From contig JADFNM010000001.1 in the NCBI GenBank assembly GCA_022563395.1, positions 590,342 through 654,341 of the forward strand: 64,000 nucleotides of DNA, in the 5' to 3' direction. A model generated the notes under the pieces. That model did no database searches. It saw nothing but the letters and a program-made list of their open reading frames with translations, and had not been told where the DNA came from. This DNA is from Patescibacteria group bacterium. Its GTDB lineage: Bacteria > Patescibacteriota > Minisyncoccia > Minisyncoccales > UBA10102. Shown one piece after another: positions 34,029-41,548 of the stretch; position 1 is the stretch's first letter, and the number at the start of each line of letters is the position of its first letter. A program made the translations under genes and the position numbers.

Positions 34029-37000
34029 ATGGAGAAAGGATCTCTTCTATTCATTGGCATCTCCTTAGTTCTTGGGTTATCTCTCTTTTTCTTAGCTTTT
34101 GCGCAGTATGAAGAGACGTTTGCTTTGTCAGAAAAAGATATTAAGGACGCACTCATACTATCTAAAAAAGATACTACTCTTATCCTGGGCGTTGCGCAAA
34201 GCGAAACCTCTAAACTAGTACCTAATGGTAGAATTTTTGCTTACTCATCTCGAGGACAAGCCGCACTCACACTTTTTAGAAGCTCTTCTAGAAAAGCGGT
34301 ACTGGATTTTCTCCCCGGATTTGCTGCTACCGAGACCGTAAAAGTTGTTATTAAAGCAGCCTCCTCGTTCCAGAAGCTTTCAACAGTAACAGCAAAAGAA
34401 GTTTTAGAAGAAATAGAAAAACAGACGGTTCAAAAAGCGGTAGAAACTGGAGTCAATTGGCTTTTTCAAAATAAGATAAAGATCGGGAGTGGGAGTATAA
34501 CAAAAACGTACCGTAACTATGAAGGCGTTCAGACAGAAGCAATTTTCCAGTACGTAGTGGCTTATGAGAGTATTGATTCAGAGAGCGCTAAGGCGATGGT
34601 GGAGTTTTATTCTCCAGATTTCGTTGATGCCCCAGAGGCAAAGAGTTCCATTTCGGGTTTTATCGGATTTGTCGGTGATTCGCCTCACAGTGGCACCGTA
34701 GATCCTTTTGTGATCCATCTAGAGACTCAAGTTACAAAATCCGCCTTAGGCTGGGTAGTCGATTCGTCTGCTCGAACAAAAATCACGGTCGAGTTTCCCG
34801 ATGAGGTGCCGAGGTTGGAGCTGACAAAGGAATTGCCCTACCCAATAGAAGAACAAAAGATTAATCTCCTCAATAAGCTTACTGCGATAAAGAAAGTTTT
34901 TGATACACTTGGAAATGCTGGAATTGAGATATTTAACATTCTTAGCAAGGGGGTGGGAATGGTACAAGGAACTGCCGAGGATTTTTTTTCCTTTATATCC
35001 AAGGTAATCTCTCTTGGTGGCGCCGGTTTAGTAGACCCTGCTGTTGAATCTCAACTTAACGAGATTAAGGAAGAGTTAGATGTAAAAGAGAATCAAGCGC
35101 AACTTAGTTTAACTAAGGATGAGGGCGATGAGCCTTTCCTTCAACCCCAATCTGAAGTTAACCAAGTAGAATTAAGCGAGACTAAGGAGGATTTGAAACT
35201 ACAGGAAAACCAGGAGGGTGAGGAGAAACTTAGTCTCGTGAAGGAGATATGCGTCATTAATCCTCTGAAATCTCCTGTTTTTGGCGGTGTAATTTTAAGC
35301 GAGATCGCTTGGATGGGTACTGTTGCCTCGGCAAATGATGAGTGGATTAGATTGCAAAATGTTTCCCATCTGCAGAATATCTCAAATGTGTCGGTAAACC
35401 TGCAAGGGTGGCAGCTCATTGATAAAAATGGGGATATTGAGGTGATTTTTGAACAGGACCACCTTATTTCTTCACGGGGAGCATTTCTTTTGGAGCGTAC
35501 CGATGATACCTCGTTGCCGAGTGTTTCAGCAGACTTCATTTACACAGGGGTTCTCAATAATACAAATGAGGCATTGTATCTTTTTGACAGCAACTGTGTG
35601 TTGCGAGACAAGGTGGAAGCTAGTCCTAACTGGCCAGGGGGCGATAATGATATCAAGCAACCTATGGTGCGTCTTTCAGATTTAAGCTGGGAGCAGGCAA
35701 AACTTGATTTAGTCAAGGATGAAGAGGTGCAAGAAAGGGTGTTTGCAGGATGCCTTGATGGACAAATAAATATTAACGCGGTAAATAACGACTTGCTGCA
35801 AGAGATTGTTCAGATTGGAGACGTCACAGCAGAACAAATTATTGAGGCGCGTGTTTTGCAGGCCTTTTATACGATAGACGAGCTTGAGAGAATTTCAGGA
35901 ATTGCAGAGAGAACCGTTGCAAAAATTAAAGAGCAAGGGTGGGCCTGCGCAGCAGACGCGAAGGATGTCAGCTTTAGGTCCTTTCAAAAGCCAGTTTCAT
36001 ACGGAGGAGGGGGAGGTGGCTCTTCAGGCTCTCAATCTTCGCAGGAGAATCAAAGCGAAGAAGCGCAACTTTGTTCTCAAGCAAATATAGGTAGTCCCAG
36101 CAATACTCCCGTTATCATCAACGAGATAGCTTGGATGGGCACTACAAATTCTGCAAATGACGAGTGGATAGAATTAAAGAATGTTAGTGAAGAAGAGGTT
36201 ACACTTGAAGGATGGCAATTACTTGATGCCAGCGGTCAGATTGAAGTTATTTTTACAAACCAGGATATCATTGCTGCATCTGGCTTTTATATTCTGGAGC
36301 GCACAGACGATACTACTCTTTTGGGTATCACAGCAGATACTATCTATGTGGGAAGTTTGGGTAATAGCGACGAATCTTTAAGACTTTTTGATAATACCTG
36401 TACTCTTATCGATGAGATTATAGCTGATCCGGATTGGCCAGGGGGTGATAACGATACGAAATATACTCTTGAAAGAGCAGAAGATTTATCCTGGCAGACC
36501 CATTATGGAGAGGATAATAGCGGGACCCCGGGTGCAGAGAATAGTACGGCTCCAGAGGATCCACCGACGCCCGTTGTCTTGCCCCAAACCGTGGTTATAA
36601 ATGAGGTAGCTTGGATGGGAACAATAGCTTCTGCAAACGAGGAGTGGTTAGAACTTTACAATACCACGGCTGCAGATGTTGATCTCATTGGGTGGAAACT
36701 GCAAGCAGAAGATAGTGCCCCAACCATTGAGTTGATAGGTACTATTGCAGCGAATAGTTACTTTTTGTTAGAGCGGACTGATGATACTACAATTTCTGAC
36801 ATCGCTGCAGACCAGATATATACAGGTGCTCTAGAAAATGAGGGAGAAATTTTGAAACTCTATGATGCAGAAAATAATCTTATTGATATTGTTGATGCGT
36901 CCGCTGGCTGGATTGCAGGAGATAATGCAGTAAAACAGAGTATGGAGCGCATAGATGCGGCAAAAGGGGGGTCTGACCCCCCTAACTGGGCAAATAACAA

Positions 37001-38438
37001 TCTTATTACACATAACGGAGAAGATTCAGATGGGGGATATGTGAATAGCACTCCACGAGCGCAAAACAGTGTTTCTTATTCTTCTACAACAATAATTAAC
37101 ACTGCGTTTCTCCGCTTTAACGAATTTGAAGAAGTCACCCTTGCTTTTCTGGGAAGTCCCTACGAAATGCTAGGGAATATTGAAGTGCCCCCTGGCAAGA
37201 CATTGATTGTGGAACCAGGGGTCACTATTCGCTTGAAAGCTCTAAAGTCCCACGTGATTATTCATGGTACGCTGCAGGCTGTGGGCAGTGAAGATAACGT
37301 TATTACCTTTATTGACGGCGCTGACGGAAATTTTGGGAATTGGTGCGGCTTTTCCTTTTCTTCTACCAGCACTAACTCTCAGTTGGAATACGTGAAGGTA
37401 GAACAATCAGCGAGCGTTACACCCACCTGCGGCACATTAGGAGGAAAGACCTATGCTTTGTTTGTGGATGGGACTGACATCATCATGAAGAATTCTGTCA
37501 TTAATAAAGGTAGTTCTGATCACAAACTCTCTCTTAGAAACTCAAATTCCACTATTGATTCTCTGACGATTACAGGTGATACAACCAAGACAGCGTTCGC
37601 TGCAGGAATATACATAGAAGGAGGAAGTCCGAGCATAACCAACTCTACGATTAAAGATAGCGCCATTGGTATATTTGTGGAGAATAATGTGTCGGACCCT
37701 GCAAGCTTGCCTACTATTACTAATAATACCCTAACGGATAATACCTATGCTATTATTCTGGCGGGAGCCGATGCTGTGGTTTCTGGCAATACGGCAACCG
37801 GCAATACGTATAACGGTATTTGGGTAAAAGATGCCATATCAACTGCAAACGCCGTCTGGGAAGCAGACACCATTCCCTACATTGTAAACCAGCTGGAAAT
37901 AGAAGCAGGAAAAACCCTAACGATACAATCTGGTGTTGTTGTAAAGTTTCTTGCCGCACCCCTAAGTAATACGGAATTTATCGTACACGGCACCCTATTA
38001 GTTCAAGGCACCGCAGCAAACCAGGTGGTATTTACAAGAATTGGGGATGACACAGTAGGAGGAGATACAAACGGAGAAGGGCTTTCTTCTACCGTATACT
38101 GGAAAAGAATGCGCTTTACTTCAACAAGCACTGGTTCTGTTTTGAATCATACGGTTTTGAAATATGGGGGGCATGCGGCTGTGAAATATATAGGGGAGAC
38201 AGAAGGAGATGGTGCTTTGCATGTACAAGGGGAGGTTGATTTGCAGAATGTGACTGTGCAAGATAGCCCTAGGGTTGGCTTGTATTCTTCAGGTATAATA
38301 ACGGGGTCTGGTATAACGCTTGTAGATAATGCATATGGCCTTAACCTTGTAATGGCAGAGTGCCCGGTGCTTACCAATGTAACCATTTCTGGTTCTGGAG
38401 AAGATTTCTACCCTGGTTCTTTGGAGTGCCAATTTTGA
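34029..38438 (+). CDS. Giant secreted protein: three lamin-tail (LTD) domains, ComEA-like helix-hairpin-helix region and C-terminal right-handed beta-helix
   Basis: The ATG at 34029 gives MEKGSLLFIGISLVLGLSLFFLAF. LTD signature [IL]xEIAWMGT..SANDEW[IL]EL.N......L.GW.L occurs at about 35289, 36111 and 36591. An HhH segment is at about 35770-35940 (NINAVNNDLLQEIVQIGDVTAEQIIEAR...ISGIAERTVAKIKEQG). PbH1-like repeats span about 37090-38438. Confidence 0.8.
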   Translation: MEKGSLLFIGISLVLGLSLFFLAFAQYEETFALSEKDIKDALILSKKDTTLILGVAQSETSKLVPNGRIFAYSSRGQAALTLFRSSSRKAVLDFLPGFAATETVKVVIKAASSFQKLSTVTAKEVLEEIEKQTVQKAVETGVNWLFQNKIKIGSGSITKTYRNYEGVQTEAIFQYVVAYESIDSESAKAMVEFYSPDFVDAPEAKSSISGFIGFVGDSPHSGTVDPFVIHLETQVTKSALGWVVDSSARTKITVEFPDEVPRLELTKELPYPIEEQKINLLNKLTAIKKVFDTLGNAGIEIFNILSKGVGMVQGTAEDFFSFISKVISLGGAGLVDPAVESQLNEIKEELDVKENQAQLSLTKDEGDEPFLQPQSEVNQVELSETKEDLKLQENQEGEEKLSLVKEICVINPLKSPVFGGVILSEIAWMGTVASANDEWIRLQNVSHLQNISNVSVNLQGWQLIDKNGDIEVIFEQDHLISSRGAFLLERTDDTSLPSVSADFIYTGVLNNTNEALYLFDSNCVLRDKVEASPNWPGGDNDIKQPMVRLSDLSWEQAKLDLVKDEEVQERVFAGCLDGQININAVNNDLLQEIVQIGDVTAEQIIEARVLQAFYTIDELERISGIAERTVAKIKEQGWACAADAKDVSFRSFQKPVSYGGGGGGSSGSQSSQENQSEEAQLCSQANIGSPSNTPVIINEIAWMGTTNSANDEWIELKNVSEEEVTLEGWQLLDASGQIEVIFTNQDIIAASGFYILERTDDTTLLGITADTIYVGSLGNSDESLRLFDNTCTLIDEIIADPDWPGGDNDTKYTLERAEDLSWQTHYGEDNSGTPGAENSTAPEDPPTPVVLPQTVVINEVAWMGTIASANEEWLELYNTTAADVDLIGWKLQAEDSAPTIELIGTIAANSYFLLERTDDTTISDIAADQIYTGALENEGEILKLYDAENNLIDIVDASAGWIAGDNAVKQSMERIDAAKGGSDPPNWANNNLITHNGEDSDGGYVNSTPRAQNSVSYSSTTIINTAFLRFNEFEEVTLAFLGSPYEMLGNIEVPPGKTLIVEPGVTIRLKALKSHVIIHGTLQAVGSEDNVITFIDGADGNFGNWCGFSFSSTSTNSQLEYVKVEQSASVTPTCGTLGGKTYALFVDGTDIIMKNSVINKGSSDHKLSLRNSNSTIDSLTITGDTTKTAFAAGIYIEGGSPSITNSTIKDSAIGIFVENNVSDPASLPTITNNTLTDNTYAIILAGADAVVSGNTATGNTYNGIWVKDAISTANAVWEADTIPYIVNQLEIEAGKTLTIQSGVVVKFLAAPLSNTEFIVHGTLLVQGTAANQVVFTRIGDDTVGGDTNGEGLSSTVYWKRMRFTSTSTGSVLNHTVLKYGGHAAVKYIGETEGDGALHVQGEVDLQNVTVQDSPRVGLYSSGIITGSGITLVDNAYGLNLVMAECPVLTNVTISGSGEDFYPGSLECQF

Positions 38439-38443
38439 TTCTG

Positions 38444-38484
38444 CTTAAACGAGATTTAAGCAACATTGCTTAAATCTCGTTTAG
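38444..38484. repeat. P-family palindrome (right boundary of LTD module)
   Basis: CTTAAACGAGATTTAAGCAACATTGCTTAAATCTCGTTTAG, starting 6 nt after the stop of the giant gene. Confidence 0.85.
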
Positions 38485-38497
38485 TTTCTCATAACTA

Positions 38498-38525
38498 GAT
38501 TAAGGAATCCTTAATTTCATTTAGG
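38498..38525. repeat. P-family element plus duplicated upstream region of the 33346 gene
   Basis: GATTAAGGAATCCTTAATTTCATTTAGG, then CACCATTAACC...TTTTGCATGCAAAAA. This parallels 33296-33357, including the ATG-CAA-AAA start. Confidence 0.75.
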
Positions 38526-38564
38526 CACCATTAACCTCTTTTATTTTGCATGCAAAAAAAGAAA

Positions 38565-38591
38565 GGCGTCCAGTTCCCCCTACTGGACGCC
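38565..38591 (-). terminator. Intrinsic terminator of the minus-strand HTH gene; carries a 15-nt core of the cassette junction repeat in inverted orientation
   Basis: Stem GGCGTCCAGT/ACTGGACGCC with a 7-nt loop and a T-rich tract on the minus strand. The minus-strand sequence CGTCCAGTAGGGGGA (38575-38589) is identical to the J1/J7 core. Confidence 0.6.
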
Positions 38592-38617
38592 TCTTGGGTT
38601 CTCGAGACCCTTTTCAC

Positions 38618-38854
38618 TTAGCTGACCCTCGTTATCTCCAGAGTTTCGCCTGGAGCGAGGGCAACTTTACGGACGTTGATGCCGAGCTTGAGGAACCAGT
38701 AGTTCAACGTGGCTTTGCTGACGTCAAGCTGGCTGGCTATCTCCTGAAGGTCCGATTCCTCCTGGTCGTTGATCATTGCCGGGAGAAGCTGCTCCAAAGG
38801 TTGTTTGAAGTGTCTCTCCACAGACAACATGAGGTTGGTCTTTTTTTGGGCCAT
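38618..38854 (-). CDS. Small helix-turn-helix DNA-binding protein (GC-rich, foreign-looking)
   Basis: 78 aa starting at MAQKKTNL..., preceded by AGGAG 9 nt upstream. The HTH-like segment is LQEIASQLDVSKATLNYWFLKLGI. Confidence 0.55.
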   Translation of the reverse strand: MAQKKTNLMLSVERHFKQPLEQLLPAMINDQEESDLQEIASQLDVSKATLNYWFLKLGINVRKVALAPGETLEITRVS

Positions 38855-38965
38855 GGGTGGTTTCTCCTTATACAGGATCTTCCTCCCCGTGCCCTCCCCA
38901 TTTACTGCCACGGGAGCGGTTTTGTTCGACGAGTCTCGAGTGTTATGTTGCTGAAAAGATCTGGT

Positions 38966-39166
38966 TTAGGGCACCTTGGCGGGTACCCTAGAAATGTAGG
39001 AAAGAGGAACATTTCTCAATACCACTGTGTCGAGCTGCACAGTGGCACGGGGAGTAGGTCCTCCTGTGAGGGCGATGATGAGGGCCCCGGTCAGGGTAGT
39101 GCCCCCACTCCTTGTGTCGACAGGGGTTTTGTTTTTCATGCATGCCCTTGCTTCTAGAGGTCCCAT
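38966..39166 (-). CDS. Small hypothetical protein (GC-rich), upstream partner of the HTH gene
   Basis: 66 aa with AGGAG 6 nt upstream of the ATG. It is in the same reading frame as the downstream HTH ORF, separated from its open upstream extension by a single TAA. Confidence 0.4.
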   Translation of the reverse strand: MGPLEARACMKNKTPVDTRSGGTTLTGALIIALTGGPTPRATVQLDTVVLRNVPLSYISRVPAKVP

Positions 39167-39265
39167 GATCTGCTCCTTTTCATGCTAGTCCAATGAGTGT
39201 TTCTGCGGGCTAGAGACTATAGAGTGTTTATAGCATAGTTGGTTGTCCTTGTCAACTTCCCCTTT

Positions 39266-39294
39266 TTGACCTACCGCTAGGTCTTTGGTATATT
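39266..39294 (+). promoter_or_regulatory. Promoter of the 39341 regulator gene
   Basis: TTGACC, 17-nt spacer, TGgTATATT. A leader hairpin CCCCCACCACTC-aaatat-GAGTGTGGGGG follows before the ATG. Confidence 0.5.
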
Positions 39295-39340
39295 GGGGTG
39301 AGCCCCCCCACCACTCAAATATGAGTGTGGGGGTAAAAAA

Positions 39341-39985
39341 ATGACTCCTGATTTTTTTGTTCGCCTTACAATGGCGGTCCATAAAGTAGTTGATATCCTG
39401 CCCCGGCAAGATCCTTTGAGGGTACAGATGCAAGATTCCGCAAACAAGCTTTTGGCAAGTTTGGTTTTACTTGCACAAGAAAATCCGGTTACCAAAGAGC
39501 AAAAGCGCCAGGTTGCCCCAAGGGCCATCAGGGAGCTTGGTATGCTTATTGCCTATTTAAACTATGCAAAGCGCACGACCCAGATAAACCCAGAGAACTT
39601 CTTGGTGCTGGAACGGGAATATAATAGGGTAGGAGAATTTTTGCGAAAGATTCACGAAACCCAGGGCGATTTTTACGGCTCCGCGGGAGCTTCGCCTAAA
39701 TCGCCCGCCGAAGCCAAGCAGTTGGCTTCGGCCCCACAGCCTCTACCCGATGCTGCGCTTGAGCGAACTCCCTCATCCATACCTCCTAAGTCTCGCTTAA
39801 GCACAAGGCAGACCCGCATTTTGGAGCTTATGCGCAACAAGCCCAAAACCCAGGTTTGGGAGCTGCAAAAGGTTCTTCCCGAGGTAACAAAAAGGACCCT
39901 GCGCCGGGACTTAGACGACTTGCTCCATCGTCATCTCATTATCAGGCAAGGGGAGTGGAATGAGGTTTTTTACCAGATTCGCTAA
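39341..39985 (+). CDS. Two-domain regulator: four-helix-bundle N-terminal domain plus DeoR-type winged HTH
   Basis: 214 aa. The C-terminal LSTRQTRILELMRNKPKTQVWELQKVLPEVTKRTLRRDLDDLL is a DeoR-like HTH pattern. Confidence 0.65.
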   Translation: MTPDFFVRLTMAVHKVVDILPRQDPLRVQMQDSANKLLASLVLLAQENPVTKEQKRQVAPRAIRELGMLIAYLNYAKRTTQINPENFLVLEREYNRVGEFLRKIHETQGDFYGSAGASPKSPAEAKQLASAPQPLPDAALERTPSSIPPKSRLSTRQTRILELMRNKPKTQVWELQKVLPEVTKRTLRRDLDDLLHRHLIIRQGEWNEVFYQIR

Positions 39986-40072
39986 GAATTGGGGAATAAC
40001 TGTGGAAAAAACTAGGACATCGACTTTTTATGGAATTTGTCCTATCCTATGCGGTAGGACATTCTCATAAGT

Positions 40073-40576
40073 ATGGAGGAAATCAATCAATATTTCAGCC
40101 AGGTATACGACCAATACGTCAAGCGCATCTACCGGTTCATCTACCTTAAGGTCAGTTTAACGGAGACGGCAGAAGACCTGTCGTCTGAGGTGTTTTTGCG
40201 TCTGTACCGGCATATTCAAAAGAACAATCCCATCATTGAAAACCCCCAGGCCTTTCTCTACCAAATAGCAAGAAATGTGGTGGCAGACCACTACCGGAGC
40301 AAAAAAGTCTCTTTAGTGTCTATTGAGAGGACCACCATTGAGATTGAGGATATTAGCGAGAAAACAAGGGAACAGGGCGAGATAAGCTTGGAAATGGACC
40401 GGATAAGGCAGGCCATAGCCCAGCTGCAAGACGACTACCAAGACCTTATTATCTGGCGGTACATAGACGAGCTCACCGTACCCGAAATAGCCCAAATTAC
40501 CGGCAAGACCGAAAAGAATGTGAGAGTAGGAGTCCACAGGGCTATTAAAGCCCTTAAGGGCAAAGTAGCTGCTTAA
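40073..40576 (+). CDS. ECF-type RNA polymerase sigma-70 family factor
   Basis: 167 aa. Region 2 is YVKRIYRFIYLKV...AEDLSSEVFLRLY. Region 4 is YIDELTVPEIAQITGKTEKNVRVGVHRAIKALK. Confidence 0.88.
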   Translation: MEEINQYFSQVYDQYVKRIYRFIYLKVSLTETAEDLSSEVFLRLYRHIQKNNPIIENPQAFLYQIARNVVADHYRSKKVSLVSIERTTIEIEDISEKTREQGEISLEMDRIRQAIAQLQDDYQDLIIWRYIDELTVPEIAQITGKTEKNVRVGVHRAIKALKGKVAA

Positions 40577-40590
40577 ATCTCGTTTAAGCA
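40570..40590. repeat. P-family half element/hairpin across the sigma-factor stop codon
   Basis: TGCTTAAATCTCGTTTAAGCA (stem TGCTTAAA/TTTAAGCA). Confidence 0.6.
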
Positions 40591-40652
40591 ACAGGCTCGG
40601 GCGGCTATGGCCGGTAGTGTAACAAATAGGCGTATTTTACGTCATAATATAA

Positions 40653-41408
40653 ATGAAGGACGAGAAGAATCTCGTACAAAAACTCACTCTTTTAAAAAGC
40701 ATTGAACCCAAAGACAATTGGGTGCTTTTTGCTAAGAACAGGATTTTAGAGGATGGAGCTAAAATGCCTCAAGTGGTAGGACATTTTGTATCCTATCTAC
40801 GATACCTTGAAAAGGCCACCTTCGCTCTGCGAGCTACGGTGGCTAAACCAGCCTATGTATTTGCAGCCCTGGCCTTTGTGGTATTGGGAGGGGTTGGCTA
40901 CAAGATTTCCCAAAATAGCTTGCCAGGGGATGCCTTGTACTCGGTTCGTTCTGTCATTGAAAAGGCAACTATTGGAAGCGACCCCTTGGCTTCTTTGGAG
41001 GTAGCCCAAAGGCGCTTACAAGACCTAAGAAAGGTGGTTGAGGGCAACAAGGTAAAGAACCTGCCTCAAGCAACAAAGGACTTTAACCTAAGCGTTACAG
41101 AGGTTTCCAAGGGTCTTTTAGCCCTTGTGGAAAACGAGCCAGACAAGGCTTTACAGCTCTCTCGCGAACTAGTACAATTGCAAAAGGACAAAGCTCAAAT
41201 AGAGCAGATTTTAGGCGCTGCCATTGGCGAGGAGGAAGCATTAGAATTGACAAACGCAACCAAGGTTTTTGTTGAGTCAGAGCTTACCTATTTGTTGAAC
41301 CATACCCTCACAGAAGAACAGAATGCCCTTTTGAGAAAAGCGCTTTTTGACTACCAGGCAGAAGATTATGAGGCAGCATTAGAAAAGATCTGGGCGATTT
41401 CAAACTAA
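40653..41408 (+). CDS. Putative anti-sigma / DUF5667-like membrane protein
   Basis: 251 aa with a single central TM helix (PAYVFAALAFVVLGGVGY) followed by a helical extracytoplasmic domain. Sits immediately 3' of the ECF sigma gene. Confidence 0.55.
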   Translation: MKDEKNLVQKLTLLKSIEPKDNWVLFAKNRILEDGAKMPQVVGHFVSYLRYLEKATFALRATVAKPAYVFAALAFVVLGGVGYKISQNSLPGDALYSVRSVIEKATIGSDPLASLEVAQRRLQDLRKVVEGNKVKNLPQATKDFNLSVTEVSKGLLALVENEPDKALQLSRELVQLQKDKAQIEQILGAAIGEEEALELTNATKVFVESELTYLLNHTLTEEQNALLRKALFDYQAEDYEAALEKIWAISN

Positions 41409-41548
41409 ATTTACGTGAAGGCTGAACCCACTCTTTTGTTGTGGGATTGAAAAATCACTAAAGGTCGAAACTCGAGAATAAGTCGAAAGAATAATCCCTG
41501 CCCGCAATGCTACGCATAGCGTTGCAGGCGGGAAAACAAAAATAGAAA

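Noticed and set aside
38546-39157. 203-aa plus-strand ORF in the GC-rich insert
   Set aside because: The translation looks like antisense read-through of GC-rich DNA: Arg/Gly/His/Cys-rich with no motif. Both minus-strand ORFs have good AGGAG ribosome-binding sites and one has an HTH motif. The ORF starts in the duplicated ATGCAAAAA stub.
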